The notes below the pieces were generated by a model that searched no databases, was not told the DNA's origin, and was given only the letters and a program-made list of their open reading frames with translations. From the IMG/VR virus record IMGVR_UViG_3300032144_000003, positions 1 through 64,000 of that record: 64,000 bases of DNA; one strand, written 5' to 3'. Shown here piece after piece: positions 45,665-54,326 of this stretch. This stretch comes from a virus. A program made the translations under genes and the position numbers. Position 1 is the first letter of the stretch. Each line of letters begins with the position of its first letter.

Positions 45665-45951
45665 AGGGCGACATTCTGGAGATCATCGTCAGCGTCGGGG
45701 ACAAGGAACTGCGGATGGGCGCAATGATGCCGGACGATACGCCACTGGATGCGGTGTTCGGGTGCATCAAGGGGGCTGTGGCCGCGACGCTCGGCACGCC
45801 GCTGGAGACTGAGGATGAGGCGGAAGAACGGCAGGTCATCGCGGGCGATTTTCTCAAGCGACTTCGCTGTGCCATCGGGGAGATTTCCCAGGATGACTGG
45901 CGAGTCAATGATGAGCATGTTGCCACGCCAGCACCGGAGTCTGACGCATGA
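45661..45951 (+). CDS. hypothetical protein
   Basis: ATGA-coupled, 96 aa. Confidence 0.35.
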   Translation: MKGDILEIIVSVGDKELRMGAMMPDDTPLDAVFGCIKGAVAATLGTPLETEDEAEERQVIAGDFLKRLRCAIGEISQDDWRVNDEHVATPAPESDA

Positions 45952-47129
45952 CCCCCACCCTACTCACCACTGCCCCCGCCGGTTCCCCGGACTGGCTCGC
46001 CGCCCGTCGGACTGGGATCGGTGCCAGCGAATGCGCCGCCGCCTGTACCGGCTGGTACGGCACGGGGGACAACGCCGTCTATCGGCAGTTCGATCCCCGC
46101 CGCCAGCCGCGCGACCTGTACCACCTGCTGCGGGGCGAGATCGAACCGACCGAGGACAACGACTACATGGCCTGGGGCCGGTTCATGGAGCCGTCCGTGG
46201 TGCAGTTCTACGAATGGAAGCACGGCGTCAAGCTCCAGTACCCGCTGGGAGTCTATCAGCATCCGCAGTATGACTGGATGGTCGCGTCGCCAGATGCCGC
46301 GTTTGATAACCGGCGGGGCATGGAGATCAAGCACACGGGATACCAGAAGATCAAGGCCATCGAGGAATGCGGGCTGGATGCCGTCGTGCCGGAGTACGTT
46401 CTGCAATGCACGCATCAGATGGCTGTCATGGGATGGGAGTCCGTGGAACTGGTGTTCCTGGCCGAACGGCAGTTGTATCCGTTCACGATTGAGCGGAACG
46501 AGCGGCTGATTGACCTGATTATTGAGCGGGAGTCGGAGTTCTGGAGTAGAGTGGAGCGGGGTGATCCCCCGCCCATCCAGCCGGAGCATGAGAACGTATC
46601 CGTCTCATTGCGGCACGCCTACCCAGAGATGGAGTCCCATGCGGTTCGGCTGTCGCCGGTGGCCGTGGCGGCATGGCGCGAGGCGCAGACCCTGAAAGAG
46701 CAGATTGCCGCCCTGGAGCGTCGCCGGGGCCGGTCTGAGGCAATTGTCGCTGCCGAGATTGGAGCAGCGTCAGCGGGCATTCTGGGGGACGGACGGGCCG
46801 TCAGGCGGAAGATCAACCGGGAATCGGTCAGCCTGCGGGAAACGAGTGACGCTGGGTTGTCTGTGGTCGATTCGGCGGACGGACCGCAGGAACGGCTGGA
46901 AACGCTGCGGCGATACTTGTCACAGCACGGATTCATGGGGACCAGCACGACTCCGGACCGGGCGGAATTCGTCCACGTGCGGAGCGGGCAGCGGGTCGCG
47001 GCGCTGCTGGCCGGGGAGCATGAGAACGGAGCGTTGGAAAAATCTGGAGAAACTTTGATCCACTTGGGATCATCCAGCGTTCATCCATTAGACGCGGCGA
47101 AACTGATTCTCGACACGATGGGAGTGTGA
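45948..47129 (+). CDS. YqaJ-type (lambda Exo-like) recombination exonuclease with C-terminal extension
   Basis: SPDWLAARRTGIGASECAAA..., MAWGRFMEPSVVQFYE..., ASPDAAF...GMEIKH (PD-(D/E)xK). Confidence 0.7.
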   Translation: MTPTLLTTAPAGSPDWLAARRTGIGASECAAACTGWYGTGDNAVYRQFDPRRQPRDLYHLLRGEIEPTEDNDYMAWGRFMEPSVVQFYEWKHGVKLQYPLGVYQHPQYDWMVASPDAAFDNRRGMEIKHTGYQKIKAIEECGLDAVVPEYVLQCTHQMAVMGWESVELVFLAERQLYPFTIERNERLIDLIIERESEFWSRVERGDPPPIQPEHENVSVSLRHAYPEMESHAVRLSPVAVAAWREAQTLKEQIAALERRRGRSEAIVAAEIGAASAGILGDGRAVRRKINRESVSLRETSDAGLSVVDSADGPQERLETLRRYLSQHGFMGTSTTPDRAEFVHVRSGQRVAALLAGEHENGALEKSGETLIHLGSSSVHPLDAAKLILDTMGV

Positions 47130-47132
47130 GCG

Positions 47133-47630
47133 ATGGGGCTGGATATCACGGCATACGGCAAGCTGATCCCAATTCCCGGAGAGCGTGTCGGCGATTGGAT
47201 CGCAGAGGCGCGCGACGTGGTTATTCTGACGCAGAAAATCAACACATCATCTGTGTTCCCAGGTCGAACCGAGGGGCTGGAGCCTCCGGGGACGTATTGG
47301 TGGCGCGCGGCTAGAAAGTTCAAGGCAGGCAGTTACACCGGATACAGAGAGTGGCGGCATTCGCTGTCCTTGTTGGCTGGATACAAGTCTCTGGAAGACT
47401 GCTGGGAGAACCATACCAGCGGTCCATTCTGGGAACTGATCAACTTCACGGACAGTGATGGCGTCATCGGCCCGGTGGTCAGTCGCAAGCTGCTCGCAGA
47501 TTTTCTGGAATATCGACCGAAGCTGGATGCGTGCGAACACCCCGACAAGGAGTGGTTCGCGGAACTGTACGACGAATGGCAGCGGGCATTTGAGGTGGGC
47601 TCTGATAGCGGCGCGGTGGTGTTTCACTAA
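47133..47630 (+). CDS. hypothetical protein
   Basis: 165-aa ORF. Confidence 0.4.
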   Translation: MGLDITAYGKLIPIPGERVGDWIAEARDVVILTQKINTSSVFPGRTEGLEPPGTYWWRAARKFKAGSYTGYREWRHSLSLLAGYKSLEDCWENHTSGPFWELINFTDSDGVIGPVVSRKLLADFLEYRPKLDACEHPDKEWFAELYDEWQRAFEVGSDSGAVVFH

Positions 47631-47652
47631 ACCATGAGAACGGAGCGGAGCA

Positions 47653-47775
47653 ATGACGGAACTCTTGGCGTTGAATCACGCAATCCTGGGCCTGCTGTCG
47701 TTTGGCGGCGGCGTGGCCATCGGTCTGACACTGGCGATTGTCTGCGGACACTTGCTTCTGGATGAGGATGGGTGA
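47653..47775 (+). CDS. possible 40-aa single-TM peptide (below ORF-track cutoff)
   Basis: Read by hand: MTELLALNHAILGLLSFGGGVAIGLTLAIVCGHLLLDEDG. Confidence 0.25.
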   Translation: MTELLALNHAILGLLSFGGGVAIGLTLAIVCGHLLLDEDG

Positions 47776-47779
47776 TGAC

Positions 47780-48076
47780 ATGACAGACACGATCAACGAT
47801 TGCGACGAAGTGGAACCAGACGTTCAGCAGCGAGCGGACACGCTGATGGCGACCATGCGAGTGATTGTCACGAACATCGAGGGCGTCGCTGGTCCTCAAG
47901 CCGCTCGCGACTACCTGTGCGGAGTCATCCGCCGCATGACACGCTGTCCGGGCTGCGAGCGAATGGAGGTCGCCCTTGGCGGATGGCTCGGATCAGTGGA
48001 CGCAGACCGCCTGTTGAGACACATCGAATCCTATGCCATCGACGCGATGGATCGTGGAGGATACTTTGATACGTGA
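47780..48076 (+). CDS. hypothetical protein
   Basis: 98 aa. Other in-frame starts at 47738, 47762 and 47768. Confidence 0.35.
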   Translation: MTDTINDCDEVEPDVQQRADTLMATMRVIVTNIEGVAGPQAARDYLCGVIRRMTRCPGCERMEVALGGWLGSVDADRLLRHIESYAIDAMDRGGYFDT

Positions 48077-48085
48077 GAAGCGAAC

Positions 48086-49018
48086 ATGAAAAAGAAAACA
48101 ATTAAAACTGTTATCGCGAAGAAGATGAGTGAATGGTGGAAGACGATCGACGATCCGCGAGTGCAGGAGTTGGCGGCCTCATCGACGATTGTTACCGGCG
48201 GGTGCATTGCAAGCATGCTGCTGCGAGAGCGGGTAAACGACTACGATATTTATCTGCGCACAAAAGAGGCGGCCAAAGCGCTCGCTGAATACTACGTGAA
48301 GAGATTCGAAATCAAGGACAAGGAAGGAATCCCTTGTGGGATCTACGTGCACGACGAGAACGATAGAGTCAAAATCGTCGTGAAGTCGGCTGGAATTGCC
48401 AGCGAAAATGGCACGGCCCGTCCCTACGAGTATTTCGAGTCTTCGGAAGAGGGGCAGGCGGGTGAGTATGTGCATGAAGTGATGCAGGACCCTGGGGCAA
48501 TCCAAGATGCAGCCGACGCGATTAAAGATACTGAGGTGGCCGATGACGGACTGCCGTATCGCCCCGTGTTCCTGTCCACGAATGCCATCACGCTCTCCAA
48601 GGGCGTTCAAATTGTGATCCGGTTCTACGGGGAACCGGATGAAATCCACAAGAACTATGACTTTGTGCATTGCACGAATTACTGGACAAGCTGGGACGGC
48701 GAGTTGGTGCTCAGGCAGCCTGCGCTCGAATCTCTACTATCCAAAGAGTTGCAATACGTGGGCAGTAAGTATCCGATCTGTTCGTTGTTTCGGCTGCGGA
48801 AGTTTATTAAGCGGAATTGGACCGTTAATGCTGGCCAGATTTTGAAAATTGCATTGCAGGTCAGCGAGTTGGACTTGAAGGACCACAACGTACTGGAAGA
48901 TCAACTGATCGGGGTTGACGTGGCTTATTTCATCGAGGTGGTCAACAAGGTGAGAGAGCATGACCCAGAGAAGGTGAATGCTGCGTATCTTGTGGAAATA
49001 CTTGATCGAATGTTTTAG
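48086..49018 (+). CDS. hypothetical protein with Pol-beta-type nucleotidyltransferase-like N-terminal motif, lower GC than neighbours
   Basis: IVTGGCIASMLLRERVNDYDIYL resembles GGxVRDxLLxxxxxDxD of CCA-adding and poly(A) polymerase heads. The gene looks visibly more AT-rich. Confidence 0.35.
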   Translation: MKKKTIKTVIAKKMSEWWKTIDDPRVQELAASSTIVTGGCIASMLLRERVNDYDIYLRTKEAAKALAEYYVKRFEIKDKEGIPCGIYVHDENDRVKIVVKSAGIASENGTARPYEYFESSEEGQAGEYVHEVMQDPGAIQDAADAIKDTEVADDGLPYRPVFLSTNAITLSKGVQIVIRFYGEPDEIHKNYDFVHCTNYWTSWDGELVLRQPALESLLSKELQYVGSKYPICSLFRLRKFIKRNWTVNAGQILKIALQVSELDLKDHNVLEDQLIGVDVAYFIEVVNKVREHDPEKVNAAYLVEILDRMF

Positions 49019-49579
49019 GCCCGCCGGTGCCAGAAACCGGCCACGTGCCTGCCCGTGTCACGAGAGAAGACGGCCACTCATCTGAGAGACAGGCAAAAAT
49101 CCCCCTGTGTGAGGTGAGCAGGAATCGAGCGACCGAAGCCCAATGGCAGGGCGGGCAGTCCTGAAGGGTCATCCGCAGTCGGCACGCTGGTCGTCGCCGT
49201 GCCATCCAACGGGAGACTGAGATGTAGACCTGACGAGAGTGTGAAGGAATGAGACCGGACTACAGCAGGGATAGACCTGCCGTGGGGAACCCGCAAGAAA
49301 GTTCCACGTAAAAGCACCGTTGCGGGCTGGCGGATGATGAATCCGCCAGAACATGGATCGGCGGCGTGGACAAGTGACACGCAGGCAACTGTCCTCGGCT
49401 CACACTGGGGGCAGCTACTTGAGGCGGCGAGCCGGGAGTGATGGGCGTTCAGGAGCAGTGCTCGACACTGACGAAGAACCCGATAACCGGGCCGAAATAA
49501 TTCACCGCGAATGACCTCAGCAGGTGCAAGTCCTGTCCGATCCACTGGACGTCAACAACCCCCAACAAGGAGTCAAAGC
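49019..49579 (+). ncRNA. long non-coding gap with multiple stable hairpins (candidate structured RNA or cis element)
   Basis: No + strand ORF of 60 aa or more. The - strand ORFs are Arg/Ser/Leu-rich shadow ORFs. Hairpins at 49023-41, 49181-203 and 49327-49 (9-bp stem). Confidence 0.3.
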
Positions 49580-51787
49580 ATGGCCACTGAAATCGCACAA
49601 CCTGGCACTGAACGTCGCCCGCAAGCCAATCTCCCGTCCATTCGCCCGGAACGTCTTCCATACCACCCTGCATTGCAGGAGAAGTTCAACATCGGGAGAT
49701 CAGAATGGCGGGCATTGGTCGAGGCCGTATTTCCTCTGGCACAGTCTATCGATTCGGTGATCCTGGCACTGTCGTACTGCAAGGCCCGCCGGTTGGACCC
49801 TTTCAAGCGAGTCGTGCACATCGTGCCGATCTGGGATTCCAAGCAGCGGTGCACTGTGGACACGATCTGGCCTGGCATCGGAGAACTGAGAACGACTGCC
49901 ATGCGGACGAAAGAGTACGCCGGACGCGACAAAACGGAGTTCGGTCCGGATGTCACGCGGCGGGTCGGCACGCTGGAAATCACATTTCCTGAGTGGGCAC
50001 AGGTCACGGTGTATCGGATGGTGAACGGGCAGCGAGTGGCGTTCGCTGGTCCGCAGGTGTACTGGCTGGAGACGTACGCAGAGCGGGGCGGCAAAGACCA
50101 CGACAGGACTCCCAACAGCATGTGGGCGAAGCGAACGCGGGGGCAACTCGACAAATGCTTTGATGAGCACACCGAGGTACTAACAACCGAAGGATTCCAG
50201 AGATTTTCGGAAGTGACCGGACTGATTATGCAGGTCACGGACCACGGCCTAGAGCCAACCAACGCCGTTCCGTTCGCTCGCGAATACGACGGCCCGATGG
50301 TGACATGCGACGGAAACGTGCTGAACTTCAGTGTCACGCCGAATCACGACATGGTCACCACGAATGGAAAGGTAGAGGCGGCAGAAGTTGTCGCCAAAAG
50401 CACAAGCACCGGGGGATTCGATATCCCGCTGGTAATTGATGGGTCTGGCCCGGACGCCAACTTTACTGACAGGCAGATCATGGTGGCCGCAGCACTCGCC
50501 TGCGATGGGTATCGACATGGAGGTGAACTGTGCATTGCCGTCAGCAGGAAGCGGAAGGTTCAATTCCTTCGGCAGATTGGAATGCACAAGTCAATGCACG
50601 TGCGGCAGTGTGCTGGGGAGGACACAGTCTCGTCATCAGGGCGGGTCATCACAACGACGGCCAATAAGATGGTGTTCGGCTACCGCAGGGACGTTGCTGG
50701 TGATTTATTGATTGAAGGAACGAAGCTGCTCGACAGCGCGCAGGTGGTTCGCCTGAGCAGACGACAGGCAAGGCTGCTTGTTGATTCAATGCTCCAGTGT
50801 GATGGGCACGAATCCCGAACGGCCAGACGATTCTTTGCCTCGTCGCGGTCGATCCTGGCCGCCTTCGAGGTTGCAGCCTGCGTTGCGGGGTACGCGATCA
50901 GTTACCGACGAGTACGGAAATCTGACATTGGCGGCAAGAACTACTACGTGACGGTGAGCACAAAGACGACGGCCCGTACCATGAGAGCAAGTCGTAGCCA
51001 ATCCAGGCTGAAAGGTGGTCTACGGCACACGCTCAATGAGTCAGGCATTGTCTGGTGCTGCACGGTGCCGACTGGACAAATCGTCGTGCGACGTAAAGGG
51101 CTGTCGATGATCTGCGGCAATTGCGCCGAGGCCGCCGCCCTGCGAGCGGCTTTCCCAGAAGAGATCGGAAACGAGTACATCGCAGAAGAGGCGCATGCGC
51201 CGTCCGGATCAGAGGCGAGACAGGTACAGTCCATCGTCAAGGTGTCCGGAGCATCGGCCACGGAGAACCTTGCACAAATGATGCAGGGTGAAGCCAGAGA
51301 AGAGTCCCAGGTTGACCAAGAGGCAGTAGGACCGCATGATCCGGATGTCAACGCCGACGAACCCCTCGAATCCGCCGACGTTCTGGAGATCATCAGCGAC
51401 CCGCCCGCGGACCAGACGCAGTCCAGCCAGCCTCAAACGGACGAACCAGCGGCGGAAACGAAGCCCGCCCGCAAGCCCGCCAAGCAGCAGAAAACACTGA
51501 CGGATGCGCCGCCGCAAACGCAGTCCGCCAGTCCGCCACCTGTCGATCCCCGCGAATGGGCGAAGTACGGCAGTGTCGGAACGGACAACCCGCAGCGGTA
51601 CTGCAACCGAATCAAGATTGCCGTCGGCAAAGCCAAGACTGCCGAGCATCTGGCAATTCTCAACGAGGCGCTGAACACCGCCTGTCAGGTCGGAGATGTG
51701 ACGGCGGAGCACGCGGACCCCGTGTACGCCGCCATCGACGCCGCCCATGCTGGTCTGGAAATGGAATCGTCCCAGGCCGCGTCCTGA
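49580..51787 (+). CDS. recT: RecT-family single-strand annealing protein interrupted by an intein
   Basis: AAGGAG precedes ATG 49580. RecT-like CKARRLDPFKRVVHIVPIWD ... NSMWAKRTRGQLDK / CAEAAALRAAFPEE flanks a 322-aa insert. Confidence 0.8.
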   Translation: MATEIAQPGTERRPQANLPSIRPERLPYHPALQEKFNIGRSEWRALVEAVFPLAQSIDSVILALSYCKARRLDPFKRVVHIVPIWDSKQRCTVDTIWPGIGELRTTAMRTKEYAGRDKTEFGPDVTRRVGTLEITFPEWAQVTVYRMVNGQRVAFAGPQVYWLETYAERGGKDHDRTPNSMWAKRTRGQLDKCFDEHTEVLTTEGFQRFSEVTGLIMQVTDHGLEPTNAVPFAREYDGPMVTCDGNVLNFSVTPNHDMVTTNGKVEAAEVVAKSTSTGGFDIPLVIDGSGPDANFTDRQIMVAAALACDGYRHGGELCIAVSRKRKVQFLRQIGMHKSMHVRQCAGEDTVSSSGRVITTTANKMVFGYRRDVAGDLLIEGTKLLDSAQVVRLSRRQARLLVDSMLQCDGHESRTARRFFASSRSILAAFEVAACVAGYAISYRRVRKSDIGGKNYYVTVSTKTTARTMRASRSQSRLKGGLRHTLNESGIVWCCTVPTGQIVVRRKGLSMICGNCAEAAALRAAFPEEIGNEYIAEEAHAPSGSEARQVQSIVKVSGASATENLAQMMQGEAREESQVDQEAVGPHDPDVNADEPLESADVLEIISDPPADQTQSSQPQTDEPAAETKPARKPAKQQKTLTDAPPQTQSASPPPVDPREWAKYGSVGTDNPQRYCNRIKIAVGKAKTAEHLAILNEALNTACQVGDVTAEHADPVYAAIDAAHAGLEMESSQAAS
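50156..51121 (+). mobile_element. intein with LAGLIDADG-type homing endonuclease domain
   Basis: Block A CFDEHTEVLTTEG, block B VTPNHDMVT, two LAGLIDADG-like motifs (IMVAAALACDGY; LLVDSMLQCDGH), blocks F/G VWCCTVPTGQIVVRRKGLSMICGN followed by +1 Cys. Confidence 0.75.
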
Positions 51788-51835
51788 AAAATCTGAAAAC
51801 TCTGTGATCCACCGATTAGAACCGAGCGTTCTATT
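51785..51835 (+). promoter_or_regulatory. conserved promoter-like element, copy C
   Basis: TGAAAAATCTGAAAACTCTG TGATCC(51805-10) N16 CGTTCTATT(51827-35), 58 nt upstream of ATG 51893. Confidence 0.5.
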
Positions 51836-51892
51836 CGCAGCCACGGGGACTCGCCCCGGACAACAACCGCGACACCAGCAAGGGTTACCACA

Positions 51893-53215
51893 ATGACAGC
51901 AGCGACAGCGACTCCCAAGACCGCCCCCAAGGCCAATCACCTCAAGTCTGCCGAGGTCCACAACTTCAAGGGGCTGCATCAGGCCAAGGTGACGTTTCCT
52001 GGCAGCGGGGTGATCATCATTGGCGGTCGCAATGGCAGCGGCAAGACGTCGTTCACGGATGCCATCTGGGCCGCGTTGGGAGGTGCATCCGCACTGGACG
52101 ACGTGCCGGTGATGCAGGGGCAGGAAGAGGCGACGATCCGGCTGGAGATTGATACCGATCCCCCGTTGATTGTGGAGCGGACGATCAAGTCCTCCGGCGG
52201 TTCCCCAGCGCTCAAGGTCTACACGGAGATGCCTGGCCCGACGGGCAAGCCGATCAAGTCTAACCTGTCCGGTCCGCAGTCCGTGCTCAATACGCTGGTG
52301 GGCAAGGTCGCGTTCGACCCACTGGAGTTCATCCGCCTCAAGCCCGCCGATCAGGTCAAGCTGCTGGCGGAACTGGTGGGGGTCGATGTGTCGAGGCTGG
52401 ACGGCGAGATTGCCGCTCTGATGCAGGAACGCCAGTCGGTCAAGAAAGAGCGGGACAAGCTGTCCGCCGTGGTCGAGGGGATGCCGCACCATACCGACGC
52501 CCCATCAGAGATCGTCAGTACCGAGGCACTCGTCAAGGAACTGTCCCATGCGGAAGCGGCGAACACCAAGCGGGCGCAGTTGGAACACCGCGCCAAAGAG
52601 CAGACGACGCAGAAAGCGAGTCTGGAGAAGCGGGAGCAGGAACTGCTGGCACAACTGGAGAAAGTGCGGTTCGATATTCAGGCGGCGGCGCAGGCCGTAA
52701 CGGAATTCTCAGCGCAGGCGGAACAATCTCCGGTCATCGACGTGGAGCCGATCAAGCAACGGATCAGCATGGCGTCCAGCATCAACCGCAAGGTGGAGGA
52801 CAACCGGCAGCGGGCCACGTCGCAACAGGCACTGGAGAACAAGGACACGGAAGTCACGGTGTTGACCAACGAGATCGAAGCCAAGCGCCAGGCCCGGCTC
52901 AAGATGATGGAGGAAGCGGAGTGGCCTGTGCCGGGGCTGGGGTTCAGCGACGCGGGCGTGACGTACAACGATCTGCCGATCGGCCAGATTTGCAGCGCCG
53001 AGAAGATCAAAGTGTCCACCGCCATCGGGCTGGGACAGAATCCGCAACTCAAGCTGATGTTCATCCACGATGGATCGCTGCTGGACGATGAGGGTCTGGC
53101 GATCATCGAGGAACTGGCGGTCGCGCACGATGCCCAGGTGTTCGTGGAGCGAGTCGGGACCGGTGACGAAGGGGCGATCATCATCGAGGAAGGGTACGTC
53201 AGGCAGGCGGTGTGA
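51893..53215 (+). CDS. SMC/SbcC/RecF-like AAA ATPase
   Basis: VHNFKGLHQAKVTFPGSGVIIIGGRNGSGKTS (Walker A), a central coiled coil, and C-terminal KLMFIHDGSLLDDEG (Walker B). Confidence 0.7.
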   Translation: MTAATATPKTAPKANHLKSAEVHNFKGLHQAKVTFPGSGVIIIGGRNGSGKTSFTDAIWAALGGASALDDVPVMQGQEEATIRLEIDTDPPLIVERTIKSSGGSPALKVYTEMPGPTGKPIKSNLSGPQSVLNTLVGKVAFDPLEFIRLKPADQVKLLAELVGVDVSRLDGEIAALMQERQSVKKERDKLSAVVEGMPHHTDAPSEIVSTEALVKELSHAEAANTKRAQLEHRAKEQTTQKASLEKREQELLAQLEKVRFDIQAAAQAVTEFSAQAEQSPVIDVEPIKQRISMASSINRKVEDNRQRATSQQALENKDTEVTVLTNEIEAKRQARLKMMEEAEWPVPGLGFSDAGVTYNDLPIGQICSAEKIKVSTAIGLGQNPQLKLMFIHDGSLLDDEGLAIIEELAVAHDAQVFVERVGTGDEGAIIIEEGYVRQAV

Positions 53216-53476
53216 TGCGAATCAATGAACACAATGAATTCATCGGGGTGCTTGCAGCCCCATGAGAGGCGAGAAGTGGCGACCAGCACGAACGAGAACA
53301 GGTGCGACAACGGGTGAACACACGCCCGCTCCGGAATGGGCAACCAGACCGGCCCCTGCGTTCAGCGACGCGCAAACACTCGCAGAAGGCTCCCGAAACG
53401 ATGGCCCGGATATGCAGTGAGCCTGGGCCGCACACGCTTTTTCACTTTTGGTTCTGTTCACTTAGGAGAATGACTG
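53216..53476 (+). other. 260-bp non-coding region upstream of the CRISPR module
   Basis: It contains GCGACAACGGGTGAAC (53304-19), identical to the start of the terminal repeat of array 2, and GCCGCACACGCTTTTTC (53427-43), partly complementary to the repeat 3' handles. Confidence 0.4.
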
Positions 53477-54073
53477 ATGGTCACGAGCAAGGAGAAGATG
53501 GTGGGACTCAAGCAGTTGTCGAAGGACGGGAACAGCAACGTGTTCCGCCGGGTGCAACTGGCGGCAGAGATTCTGGCGGACAGGGAGTTCGTCTCGTCGG
53601 AGTGGGGGGATGAGTTCCGGGCGTGGTCGGCGATGGAGGATGAGTGTTTCTCGATGCTCAAAGGACTCATGCCGTTCGCCCGGTTGCTCCAGATTCACCA
53701 GCGGTTTCCGACGGAGCGGCATTGGCTGGAGTACAACTACAACCTGGCCGTGATGGACGACCTGTGCTGTCAGGCGGAAGCGGAAGAGCGCGCCAAGGCC
53801 GGTGAGGTCCAACCTGTGGCGACGCGCCGCCGGGCGACGCTGGAACAGGTCGAGAAGCTGGAGGCGGAGAACCAGGCACTGGCGGTGCAGGTGCAGGAAC
53901 TCAGGCAGAAGGTCACGCCGGACGATCTCGACCGGGTCGAGGTGCTGGAGCAGGAGAACGCCCGGCTGCATCAGGAGCTTGGAAAACTGCGTCAGGAGAA
54001 CCTGGAACTGCGCCGTCAGGTTCAGAAACTCCGCGTGGGATCGTCGCGAACTCCGGAGCCTGTCGCGTGTTAG
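53477..54073 (+). CDS. coiled-coil protein directly upstream of CRISPR array 1
   Basis: AGGAGA lies 7 nt upstream. It has an N-terminal ~100-aa domain and a Leu-zipper-like C-terminal half (LEQVEKLEAENQALAVQVQELRQK...). The stop is 10 nt before the first repeat. Confidence 0.45.
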   Translation: MVTSKEKMVGLKQLSKDGNSNVFRRVQLAAEILADREFVSSEWGDEFRAWSAMEDECFSMLKGLMPFARLLQIHQRFPTERHWLEYNYNLAVMDDLCCQAEAEERAKAGEVQPVATRRRATLEQVEKLEAENQALAVQVQELRQKVTPDDLDRVEVLEQENARLHQELGKLRQENLELRRQVQKLRVGSSRTPEPVAC

Positions 54074-54082
54074 GTTCGTGGA

Positions 54083-54313
54083 GTTGTAAGGCCACCGGAA
54101 ATGAAGTGTGTGCGCAAGTGGTCGAGTCCCTCGTCCGTCGACTTGCGGTTGTAAGGCCACCGGAAATGAAGTGTGTGCGCAAGGCTCGAATTCTTCCGTG
54201 GTGATGGCCCGGCGCTGTAAGGCCACCGGAAATGAAGTGTGTGCGCAAGTTCACAGGGCCATGCAACTGGCCAATATGGGGTGTAACAGACCGTGAAGCG
54301 AAGTGTGTGCAAG
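54083..54313 (+). CRISPR. mini-CRISPR array 1 (3 repeats + degenerate terminal repeat, 3 spacers)
   Basis: 36-nt repeats at 54083-118, 54148-183 and 54214-249 (GTTGTAAGGCCACCGGAAATGAAGTGTGTGCGCAAG). Degenerate copy at 54280-313. Unique spacers of 29/30/30 nt. Confidence 0.8.
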
Positions 54314-54326
54314 AAAGGTCAAAAGA

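Noticed and set aside
49078-49545. The 155-aa - strand ORF that fills the long gap upstream of recT.
   Set aside because: It has Arg/Ser/Leu/Pro-rich composition, no SD, and no motif. The region is treated as non-coding.
53304-53319. Treating the 16-nt identity with 56111-56126 as firm proof of a mobile-module boundary.
   Set aside because: One exact 16-mer match somewhere within 64 kb is roughly what chance would give. Only its placement is suggestive, so it is reported as a hypothesis and not as a feature call.
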